Source: Fimbriosthenelais zetlandica
Taxonomy: Eukaryota
Length of the DNA: 64,000 nucleotides
Direction of reading: 5' to 3'
Assembly: GCA_977030845.1 (NCBI GenBank)
Contig: OZ365112.1
Location: 12,958,001 to 13,022,000 of the forward strand
The number at the start of each line of letters is the position of its first letter. The first letter of the stretch is position 1. Shown here piece after piece: positions 26,057 to 37,810 of the stretch. Position numbers and translations under genes: made by a program. Below the pieces are notes generated by a model that saw only the letters and a list, made by a program, of their open reading frames with translations, did no database searches and was not told where the DNA came from.

Positions 26057-27162
26057 AGGATACAAGTGATGGTGCTGTTTATAATATATTATCAAAAAGA
26101 AATTAAGAGGGGAAATTTAATTCCTTTCTTTATATTTTGAGAATGGGTCATTATACAATATATCTTGCAGTAAATGTCAATTGACTTCTGTATCTAAGCG
26201 TCAGGGGCCAATGCAAATGTTTTAAATAGTAAAGCATTATTGCAATTTAGATACTAGTATTACTGGTAAACGTTATCTCTAGTTTTATATGTCATGGTCA
26301 ATCATACACACAGAGACGTACACCCCCGCGCACTCCATGTGAGTCAAGAAAAAGCTGTAATATTTCCGCATTTTCTGAACGTGAATTTCCCTGGCATGAA
26401 AACAACGTGATTCATTGCGTAAGGATGGTCTAAATGTTCGTTAGCTGGTAATTATTGTTTTCGTAGCATGCATGGTCCTATCATATTGTTTAACGAATAA
26501 AATGTAAAATCTTTACAAGCCCTTGATATTTTCTATCTTCAATATATAGGATTGATTTAAATTTATAAATTTATGGCTGCAATTTTGCGCTCTGAAAGGA
26601 ATACATTGACAGTATATCAAATTAATTAAACTAGGGTTAGAACAAATTTGCAGTTGAATATTTTTAATTCCACATGAATTTGAATATAAAATCATTCTCC
26701 TGCTTTGACACTGGAGCGATACAGTGATATTTTGAGATTCCAAACATGTCAATCCATGTTTGGTTCGTCTCCAGGGACAACTTGTAGTAATAGAATGATA
26801 GCAAAAATGTCACTGGTATCTACTGGTGGTCAATTTTAGGAAATTGTCACTGGTCACTTATGGAAAATGTCACTGTTCACTATGTCCAAATTCTTGGGTT
26901 AGTATAACGATAACACAACATCTTACGTAATTGCATTACCTCAAGTTCCATTATTCCACTATTGTCTGGGATGGAGACAGTAGATATCTCAGAGTTCAGG
27001 TGCATGTATCTGGGGTGATAAAGCATTGCATTTATCACCACTAGCTATAGTTGAGATTTTCTGACATGCCAGGCGATGAGAGTCTTTTTGTAACAGGGAG
27101 ACATTGAACCACACCGGTATTGTGTGGATGTATATGCAAGTCATAATAATTGTCCACGATCT

Positions 27163-29144
27163 TCATACCTCCATAGACACATTAGCAGGATTACTGAGGA
27201 ATGCCAAGTGACCCTTTGGACATTTATTGGCGTAGTGGCCCTTCTCTCCGCACTGAAAAACAAATCAATAATTTCAATAGATGTATACATCCAAAAAGAG
27301 AGCATTTTAAAATATATTTGGTGCCGAGAAATTTCATAGATTTTGTTTCATTATGATGAGCTTTTTAAATAAGATAAATAAGTATAACGTACTTTGTAGC
27401 AAGTAACTTCGTTGAGCGGTCTCCTGCTGCCCCATTGTTGAGTGCCATCATTAGGCATGGAGTGAGGGTAATGGGGACGGGGGTGGTGATGATGATGATG
27501 GTGGTGGGGGTGGTGGTGATGATCCGGTATTGTACTTTGTATCGTAATCATGCCCTGAAATAAAAGATTCCAGTAAATAAAATGATTCTCTATAACAAAA
27601 CACGCGTCTTTAAGAAATACATAGATAGTAGATATTGGAAAATGGATGTAGAGATCTAAAATCATGTGGATGTGCTTTAGGAACGCTGAATAAAATATTA
27701 GTCTAGGCTTTACCTTGTGTCCTGACTCTGGCTTAGAGCCGGGTGGTAACCGCGGACAGTTGGCAGCTTTGTGTCCCGTCTCATTACAGTTGTGACATTG
27801 AATATTCTGTTTCCTAAGTTGCGCAACTGGATCAGGAGCCGGAAGATCAAACTTGGGACTGAAAAATAACAATGTGGCCATTTTGTAAAACATCAATGAA
27901 TTGCAGCATGGCTAATAAGATCTATCACTTTTGGGTACGAATAAAAATATTTCCTGGAAACGTTGAATAAATATTTCCATTTAGTAATTATAACAGATTT
28001 TGAGATTCGGAGCAATCAACATTCAAGCTTTCTTTTACTCACTGTACAAATTTACACTCTGGACCTTCTGGGCAGAATCCGCACAGGTAACTTTGGCAGA
28101 GGACTCGTCGGACATGCCGGTTTTTGCAATTTGGGCCTAGAATAAATCAAATATAACTAATTAACTAACCATAATTAATAACTCATATTAAAATCATAAA
28201 TGATATAACAAAATGTAGTATTTTCTAATGTGTATGTACATCACTCTTTTAATATACCGGGTACTTCAATAAAGATTAAACTATTAAATTATCCATGTTT
28301 AAATTATTAAGTAAGTTCTGCTTTTTTGTACGTCTAAATCTCTAGTTCATTCCAGCTTACCGTGTCTACAGAATCCTCTGTCATACCAAGGACAGTCTTT
28401 CATTTTCTTCTCAGGATCGATATGTAAGAAGGGGCATTCCTTATTGCTGCATTGACCGAATTTGGAATAGAAATAGCACTCGGGCATTTTACTCATATCA
28501 TACTCGTGGAGAAATTCACAGTCATCTCCTTTTTTGCATAGACCCCGGAGCCAATGTTTGCAGACTATCGTTCTGTCTCCTTTGACATGACGGAAGGGGC
28601 AGGCGGCACCTTTTGCGCACATGCTCTTTAGGTAATAGGTGCAAATGGCAGAACCAGACTCTGGAAAAGTAAGATCAATTATACATTACAGGCTACAATA
28701 TGCATGGATCATATAAGTAGGAAAATTAGACAAAATTATTCGTTTAATTTATAAACTAGTCCTAGCCCTAACATGACCCACCCTCACAGCGTTCACAGTA
28801 ATACCGGTAGTCAATACACAACGCTTGTCAAACTTTTATTAATTTTAATGATTCTTTATTTAATCTTTTTTATTGTTTTCCAAGTGATTAAGGTTTGCAG
28901 GCATGTGATACATACACACACCTTATAGCCCCTATTGGACAGTGAGTGAGGTCCTTATCTTTACTCCAAACTGCCAAACAATGAAATATTATCAGTCACA
29001 GTGAAATAAAAGCAAAAGCCATCCAGTGTGGGCATACTTACTGTCCATGCCGGGGAAAGGTAGGGGTTGAGCCCCGAGTTGTTGATCCAGGGCAATTTCA
29101 ATATCAAATTTGACATTGTTGACATTTGACACAACATCTTGCAT
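27163..29144 (-). CDS. CPSF4: Cleavage and polyadenylation specificity factor subunit 4 (CPSF30/Clipper), 6 coding exons, 297 aa
   Basis: Exons 29144-29042, 28660-28361, 28136-28043, 27858-27714, 27554-27393, 27252-27163 (894 nt). N-terminus [35 protein letters not shown]. Five intact CCCH fingers (e.g. [19 protein letters not shown]). Two CCHC knuckles ([28 protein letters not shown]). Confidence 0.96.
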
Positions 29145-29403
29145 CTTGGTTTGTACTTTGTCCGACTGAAATAGCGGAAAATAAAGGGAAAAGATAGACG
29201 TGAACCAAACTAACAAACCGCCAATCCGGAAGTCATGGCCGGTGTTAAGTAGGTAAAAGTTGCGCACCGTTGGAAACTTCGCTTATATTGGTTACAACGC
29301 TCATTTCCGCTGAGGCGCGCTAGGTGCCGCTACCGCATAGGCAGCTGATGTTTTCTTCCTCTCACCATTTCCAGAAATAGTAGCTCTGTTCTTTTGTATG
29401 TGA

Positions 29404-29943
29404 TAAATTCTCCATGTCAATCTATCGACTGATTTCAATTTTGGCCCATTTAGGAGTTTGATTTGATCTACAAACATCGTCTGAAAATTCCGAGCGACGC
29501 CCCATTCGTTAGCATTGAGCATTAGGCTAGTTCCCACGTTTGCCGTATTGATCGAGAGGGCGCCACTAGACTGTTAACTTTAATTCATCGTAGAGTTTAT
29601 ATTAGTCGCGCAATTGAGAGAACCGACCCATCGGCCAGATACCCTATTATCACTCATCTTAGTTCCTACCTTTGTCGCTACGACGCCACCGTCCGGTCAA
29701 CTGGTTCTGACCGTTGGCCAAATCCCCTATTATCGATCACCGCTTTCAGTCTCTCGCTGTTTACAGGTTTTCAAACAACGTACCTCTATTATTTGGCATG
29801 CTATGAATTCTTCACGAAAATCTACCGACGGATTTCAATTCTGGCTCATGTAGATGCTTTCATGAATCTATAAACGCTGTCTGTAAATTCCGAGCGACGC
29901 GCCATTGACTTTAGCATTGACTGCTAGTTCCCAGTTTTGCCGG
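29404..29943 (+). repeat. Imperfect duplication of about 140 bp, offset about 400 bp, upstream of CPSF4
   Basis: Collinear blocks: 29421-29440 vs 29821-29840 (18/20), 29481-29500 vs 29881-29900 (19/20), 29526-29545 vs 29923-29942 (18/20). Confidence 0.75.
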
Positions 29944-32900
29944 TGGTGGGGTAGTCGCACGACTCGCCTAGAAGCTATCGTGTTAAGCTTGCCTATAGAG
30001 AAAGGGAACATGGGTGGGCGAGGGAAGATCTGAACCAGTTTTTAAAAAAAAGGGGGGGGGGGACTGAACAAACTATTAGGCCTATTGATTAGGCCTACGG
30101 CAGGCCTAGTCCTACATTTTAAGATGACGGGCTTCGTGAATAGGCCTATAGGCTAGGCCTATATGTCGCCTCAGATATCTTCAAGCTTTTGTGGGCCGTT
30201 TATTAGGATGATCCTAATATCAAGCCCCAGTGCTTTGCTTGTTCCACATACATGTAAATCAAAGTAGGCCTCGGTTCATATAGACCCCCCCCCCCCCCCG
30301 ACCCCGCTCTTTTATGTCTGCATGCAATGAATAAAACAGATTAAATTCCAGTATTTCTTTTATTCAACTACATCAAAATTGACACTGCTGGACATTATTC
30401 CCATGATATTTATATGGCAAGTATGATTTCATCACCCAGGGTATCATACACGTCAGCACATCATAATCAAGATCATCCCCTATTTTGTCTTCACTTTTAA
30501 GTGATATACATTATAATAATATAGCGTCTCGTGTATTGCTTTGTAATTATTCCATTTATGAAAGGACCATTACAATTTGATATTCGCATACCGGGTACAC
30601 TAGCACACAGTTAAAAGCATAGTACATCATTCCCTCATCTTAATGAATTCTTGTATGATATTTTAATTGTAGGCCTTATTTTTTTGTATAAGATTTATTA
30701 TAATCTTTGTCCAGGAACCTCCCTTGATTTCTTTCAAAATAAAAATAAAGGAGATTCAGTTAGAAAATCCGATAACCTTTCCATGCTCATTATCTATCTG
30801 GGAACTACTTCCTCAATTTACAGTATTTATAGGTAGGCATATAGAGGACCAAAACCGAAAGCCTCGACAGATACTTATCAGAAGTCATATTATAATACAT
30901 CGATTGTAAAACTAATCTTTTTCTATCCATAAACATTTTCGCCTAATAATGCTAGCAGCAAGGACATCATTGGGAGAAAAATGGCACGGTATTTACAGTA
31001 CGGATTGGTTTCCAGGGAAACCAGGACCGAGTGTGAAGATATCGTTTACATGTATGAATCAGTGGCCTATATATAAACCGACATAAATGATAATGAAAAA
31101 GTCCACCATTGATCAAGACGGAAAGGTCTATTAATTAAGATATTAAACAAGTATAATAAACTATTTTCCACGACAATCTCCAACGATATCCCTTAATTAT
31201 ATCAATGAGTGTGTATTGTCTTTTCAATTACCGCGGTACACATTTTTTCCCATCGTGATGGGGAAATTTCAAGAAACCGTAAGCAGAAGAGGATTATTAA
31301 ATGATATATTTTAAAACTATCAGGCGACAGTTTAGTTTAGTTTAAATTGGATTTTATCCTGATTTGATTGATATTCCTAGATCTAAAAAAGTGTTAAAAA
31401 TTCATCGTGATATGTTGACAGAGTTGACGTCTACTGTAAGTAGTGATCATTTAAGGATATTCATCTGCCATAGCTATAACACTCAGCATGATATATATCT
31501 ATATCCTCACACATGTATCTATAATGTAGGCGTACCAGGTAGGGTATAATTATATACATAGTCACCATGCTATTGAAATCTGTCGCAAACACTTGAGATA
31601 TTCAGTGAACCCCTGTTGGCAAAAGTGAAGTTTAGGTTTCGAGGATAAATCACAACAAAATCACCAAGGTTTCCCTATATCATAATACAGCAATGCCATG
31701 CATAATTATCACTCTGACAAATAGATAAATAGGCAATATATAGGCTATATAGTGGGTACATTCTGGTAATCTTACAAGGAGATAATTAACATAAAATTAA
31801 TGCTTAAATATGAATCAAACATCTAAGGCTGACAATATATCATTGCAAAACGAAAAGAAAATAGATTACAGATTCATTCTTTTTTTATCCATTGATAATT
31901 CCTTAGTACTTGGGAAAACTGCATCTAATTAACCATTTATAACTTAGGATTCCAAATAAAAATGCACTCGCTCTAATCTTTGTTTTTACACAGGAATATA
32001 TCAATTTTGGGTTACTGTGATTTCCATTAATAAATATGAGCCATAACTATCATACAGGAAACATAATAGGGGCAAAAGTACAAATATAAAGAGATACCAT
32101 ATTGAGCAATTCATATGAACAAGCTCTTTAAAACTATAATTCAACAGAATGAAGCAAGGCTACAGAAAAATATTGCTAATCGTAGTTCAAGAAATCTATG
32201 TACATAAAATTATGTTCCAGTTCGGGGTTTTATTGTTTAACATTTTCACCAATAGTTTCAAGTGCAATATCACAACAATAAATATATATATTGTGCTCAA
32301 CCCTAGCCATTTACTTTCTAAATATACAGAGTAATGGGATCTACACCGAGGCGTCAGTCACAATTTTCTATAATGACGTGATGACTTCTGTTCCAAATAA
32401 TTATGATCTAATATTTTTCCATTTAATCGATAACATTGTAACTTATCATCATATATATGCTATGAGAAAAAGAACTTGTGAGTAGACGCCCAGGTGTTAA
32501 AGCCCATGCAGTTAGGATTACTATCAGTACTATATCATGAATTATACCTATTCTCCAGCTTCTCAGTCTTTCACTAGCTATAACAGCCGCATTTGATAGC
32601 CTTTGTAACACCCACACGTATATGGGCTCTTTCTCTTGGTATCAAAGAAGAAACAACCTGACTTTCTTGAAACTTAAAACCATGTCCAGAAGGAACTACT
32701 CATTATATGGAATGTGAGGTGTTGAATGGACTTATTATTGTCCATGTCCTACAGATTTCAATAACGGAACCCACTGTGTACAGATCCTTCTAACGTTGCT
32801 CTTTGACTTGTCTAGTGATCATATAGATCCTTTCAGTTAATTAAATACCAAAAGCCACCTGCTAGTTTTATACATTAACACAAAAATCCTATAATTTGTG

Positions 32901-33130
32901 GGGAAAAGAAGATTAGGCCTATACATAATAGGGGAAAGGAACATTTACATTAATTTCTGCTGGCAATCATGTCCCAATTGATAATGATATAACAACAATG
33001 GACAATATAATAATATTAGTATTAAAGATGGACAAGAAGCACAATGTTCGGTAGTTGTTGGATCATCAGATTGTTCTAGATCAGGGCATGTTTGTGATAC
33101 AGTGTATTGTAGGCACCGTTCTGACTGGCT

Positions 33131-33850
33131 TTAGGAGATACAACAATCATTCCTGTTAGGGTCACCTGTGTTTTTCACCTTGGGTTTATTGGACCGCCTC
33201 ATTAAACTCCTGCTTCTCAGAAGTCCCTTACCATCTTCCTGTTGCCTGAGTCTCTCTCGAGCTGCTCCCAGACTGGCGGAGTTGGCACTGAGCCTGCGTT
33301 TTAATATAGGCTCTAACTTCCTGATACTAGGCAAGTTTGCTTGTTCTAGAAGCTTCTGAAACACCTGGGGAATTCCACAGTCTTCCTTAGCGCTTATTTC
33401 AAGATAAGAGGACTCCATGCCTTCTGAGCGAGCCCAGCACCGTCCATCCTCAGACGACACCTTCCTATGTGGTTCAAGATCCAACTTGTTAGCCACAACA
33501 ACGCATGGTAAGTCCTGATAATTGGACCTTATCTCCTTTATCTCCTCCCAGATCTCTTTTATGGCCAAAAATGTATCTCTTTGCTCAATAGCATATACAA
33601 GCATGAATGCATGAGCCGTGGAGATACTCAAGCGGCGCATGGCAGGGAAAGCCAGGTTACCAGCTGTATCAAGTATATCTACCTTGATAATGGTTCCATG
33701 AATATCATAGTCTCTACAGTGAAGGTCCTCTACAGTAGGTTTATAAGATTCAGTGTAGGTTTTATTGAGAAAACGGTTAATGATGGCACTCTTACCAACC
33801 TGGCCAGCACCTAGGACTACCAGCCGATGGCGCTCCTCGTTATCAGACAT
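33131..33850 (-). CDS. RASD (Dexras/Rhes)/Di-Ras-like small GTPase, single coding exon, 239 aa
   Basis: G1 GAGQVGKS, G2 YKPTVED, G3 DTAGN, AMRRLSISTAHAFMLVY, G4 NKLD, G5 SAK. Basic C-terminal extension and CaaX box CCIS*. Acceptor ttttttcttggtcccAG at 33868, 17 nt before the ATG at 33850. Confidence 0.92.
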   Translation of the reverse strand: MSDNEERHRLVVLGAGQVGKSAIINRFLNKTYTESYKPTVEDLHCRDYDIHGTIIKVDILDTAGNLAFPAMRRLSISTAHAFMLVYAIEQRDTFLAIKEIWEEIKEIRSNYQDLPCVVVANKLDLEPHRKVSSEDGRCWARSEGMESSYLEISAKEDCGIPQVFQKLLEQANLPSIRKLEPILKRRLSANSASLGAARERLRQQEDGKGLLRSRSLMRRSNKPKVKNTGDPNRNDCCIS

Positions 33851-36552
33851 TGTCAATTTACTTTTATCTGGGACCAAGAAAAAATAGTAATATAAGGCTG
33901 TAACCCTGGAGGCTTTTAGTTGTTAATGGAAATGTTGTGTAGCTACCTCCAGTAGATGTTCAATCGAGAGGATTTGCAGATCAGTGGTCAAAGAGCAATG
34001 GAATGACCTGAAGGTTGATTTCTGGCTTCTTTGATAGATAGGCGTGGCTAATGCACGAGTGGGTGCAAAAAAGATCAGCTTTCTCCAACCATGTATGACT
34101 GGAAGACGTAGTGGAAGTGTAAATGGTTCCTGTGCCTGTAATGAGGCAATGCTTTTTACTTCCAAGTTATTTAAAGCAGGTGGAAGTCCTTTGTTAATAC
34201 CACCTGCTCTCTTTCAACTAAGAGAAGTCCTGCAATAAAACTGTGAAGCATTCCTTTCCATAGATACAGACCGACTGGTGGACATTCAAAACCTCACAGC
34301 TAATTAATGCCAACACGCTCTATTTCTTTTCCTCTAGACTCTCTCTGTCTGCCTTTTACCCTATTCAGATGTAAGGTCCTGTTGTCCAGTACTCCCTCCT
34401 CCACCACCCACCAGTTCCTCAGGTGGATACACAGACCAGTGGCAATACATCATCTATTTCAGACTTCTTCACTATCTCAAGGAAACAGCTTCCAACCAAA
34501 GAGAGGGACTTTGGCTCAGAGTTTGATGGATTGAACACTGATAGAGGCTCTATCTTGTGCAACCAGTCTCATGCAACAATGGGAAAAATGTCAAATTTTA
34601 AGGGGCATTGCATGAAACGCAGGGACTGAGATTATTGAACCTTATGTAATCCTATGTTGTGGTGTAAGTGATGACAGTGGTTTTAAAATGTCCAATCTTG
34701 GGGTTCAGGATATTGGCAATCTGACACAAACACTTTGGCCTCATCAGTCATGATCTTTCTCGCCTACACTGGTATTCAAACAGCCAGCAGCAGCGCCTGT
34801 GAAATGGAAGAAAATATATATTAGATAATTGCATATGATACACAGATATGAATAACTGTCGATTTGATCAATAATTATAATGAATTGACATTAAGTTGTC
34901 AGTTTTATAGCATATAGATACATTTAAATCAAAGGAAAGCAGGCAAAATCTAAGTTTAGGCTATATGATTGTAAATTGATGTACAATGTGGGTGTGTATC
35001 TGATACCACTTATTTCCCTTCACAGCAGTAACAGCAGAGAGTGGGACTTCCTTTGCAACTCTATACATAATATACAACAAAGATACCAGGAACACCTGGT
35101 ACAACTCTGCCATAGATCTCATAAAAATCCCATCATGATCAATCAGGGTTGGTTTGGCCGGTGGGTGGGGATGGGGTCTTGGGAGGGGGCTAGTGGTTAG
35201 TGCGAGGATAGTTGCGTGGGAGGATGTGTCGCAGGGCTGTTGGGCAAGCAAGCAGGTCCTACTGTGGTAGGCCACCTTACTGCCAAGTACCTTTAAGTTA
35301 ATACTCTTTTCCCACCGGTATTCAGGTGCTGACAGGAATGCCCTAAACCCGTTTGCCCTTGTCACTGGTCAAGCATTTGGAGTGATTTCCCCTTCATATC
35401 ATCAAGTGTTCACAGCCTCTCCATCACCATGGGAACAAACCTTGACAGATACATAATGCAGAGGCGTCATATGACCATTATCCATGGCCAACCCTTTCAC
35501 CTCAGCTCAACTCTCAGGTTCATGTGCCTTTTCCATGGCACAATGACATATCCCATACCAAGCCCCAGACCCAGCCTTTCAACATAATACTTGAGCAAAT
35601 TTTTGAGCTAATACAACAGAGTAATAATAATCAACTATAGACCCAAATCATAGGTAAAACACCAAAGACTGAAAGTATTGGGGATGATCACTGTGAGTCG
35701 ACCCCTTAATGTGCATTGCGTTTGCCTGGTGACGCGGACAAGCAAGGGGCAATGCTGAGCTGAAATGCATCAGATCTGTCAGGCGCCTGAACTTTGTATG
35801 AACTCGATCGTCTTCTATATTACTATCCTTTTTTCTGCACATGCCGTTCTATTGTCCACAACGTCTTCAGTTGTTCCTCTGGCTAACAGAGCAGCAAAGA
35901 TCGAAGTGGAATCCTTATCAAAAGCGCCTTAATTTGATACGGCTTGTGGTGGGCTTACTCTGCCTGACAAATCTCTGCTTGAGCCGATCAGAGGCAAAAG
36001 GTTTGCCATAATTTGATTTAAAAGTAAGCCCCTAGCTCTCCAATCAAGATCATGATAGAGATTGTAAAATATCTCCATGGGGCACTGTTACTGACTCGAA
36101 TTCCCCTGAAAATTGAACCTCTAATGAATTTCCAATGGAATGAATGTATTCATTAATTTGGATTGAAAATTAGTTCGGTATGAAATGCACTTCCCTAAAA
36201 CACCATCAACCAGTTTCAGTTCAATATAATTATATACATTTTGGATTAAAATAGTTCCTCGTCGAAGTTTGGCCACTTTCACAGGTCTAGTTTAATATTA
36301 GAACATTGAAAGATTTTGGAATTGGGGTGATGTGCACAGGCAAACAGGAGGTTAATTAGTAGCTAGTCACGAACATTTCAATTGCTACTGCTGTCCTCTA
36401 ATTAAAATAAATCAAACTGAAGAAGGTACTTCCTCTGAGAACTTCCTCTGCCAGATTCATTGTTACGGAACACTTCTTGATTCGGATCTAATCTAAAAAA
36501 AAGTACGGTCTATTGAGATAATATTATTTGAAAAATTCCAACAGAACAACTA

Positions 36553-36634
36553 GACCAGGTGGCCGAGTGGTTAAGGCGATGGACTGCTAATCCATTGGGC
36601 TCTGCCCGCGTGGGTTCGAATCCCATCCTCGTCG
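36553..36634 (+). tRNA. tRNA-Ser(GCT), with a C4:C69 acceptor-stem mismatch
   Basis: 82 nt. A box TGGCCGAGTGG; anticodon arm ATGGA-CTGCTAA-TCCAT; long variable arm GGGC-TCT-GCCC; B box GGTTCGAATCC; discriminator G; TTTTT terminator at 36640-36644. Confidence 0.9.
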
Positions 36635-37810
36635 ACATATTTTTCAGATTTTCTACACAAAAATTTTAAAAAGTAGCAAGGTAATTGGTCCCTACAGTTT
36701 CCTTTAAAACGGAAATGAATTGAAATGAGTATCAAATGGGAAAACCTGTGAGGAATCTACTATTTGTGCACTCTCTCCAGCTTTGGTCTAGACTCGTGTT
36801 CTAAGCTTAAGCCAATGTAAAAACTGCTGAGCAAGACAACTTAGAAGATGATTGCCTCAATCTAGGCATCCCACCGGCTTAAGAGCTTATAAAGTTTACA
36901 TGAAATTACACTCATTATCTAATTAGAACTACAAAAATTGCCAAAACAAGTTTTAAAGGTCCGTTTTACTGCAGGCTAAAATCTATCGTGTTCCTTAGAT
37001 AGCTGTCTCTCTGTCCTCCGTTAAGCTAGTAGATAACTAGGATACGGTATTGGTAAAGGTGATTTACACGCTGGAACAACTGCCTGTGATGGGAAGTTTG
37101 AACAGCCTGGCTCTATCAACACGAGATTAAAATACTCAGGTAGGCTCTGGTTTCAACGTTGCCCAGGCAACTTGGACTTAAACCAAATTGACATGCACGC
37201 ACAAGTATTTTCACCAGGCATGTGGTAGGCTATGAATTGTGGGGACAGAGTTCCTGTAGGCCTACCTCCATGTCCACCTGCATGGAAACGAGAGAAAGAG
37301 GCAATAACATTAATTTATTACCAAGCAGAAATGAACGACCATTTAGATTTAGAAGGGTATAGACATTATTGACGCACCCATGAGATACAAGATAATACAT
37401 ACAGTGGTGGGGATTTATCATGATTTATCGTACTGACATTTCATGACTTGGTAGGCCTATAAGGGGTTTGAATCAGTGTAAACATTCTTTTGGTAGCAGT
37501 GGCATTCTGAATTCTACCCCGGGACTATGCAACTGTGCATTCTTGTGCTGATGCATGGGGAACAGAATCAACAGTCAACTTGTCCAGTAAATAACCTTTC
37601 CTGAGGTCACTGTGTTGGTTGTGACCACAGCATAGACTTGTCCATGTATCGTATAACAATAGCTTGGAGCAATGAAACTAATGCTAGGAAAAGGCTGGTT
37701 AGTTTGTCTTATCCTGTACTGCTCTGTAGAGAGGAAGAACAAGAACTAAAGCCTGGAAAGCAAACTGTTAATGTGAAGTTCAATGGAGTGGGAGACTACC
37801 GTCACATATG

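Noticed and set aside
29555-29573. CTCF-like motif agagggcgccactagactg
   Set aside because: One base short of the core spacing and lacks the TGG end.
33168-33814. Plus-strand ORFs antisense to the GTPase (likewise 18289-18552 and 21606-21815 antisense to IFT140)
   Set aside because: Antisense shadows of real exons with no independent support.
33851-33877. ORF-track N-terminal extension of the GTPase (MVPDKSKLT)
   Set aside because: It starts at a TTG inside the polypyrimidine tract and acceptor; the real start is the ATG at 33850.
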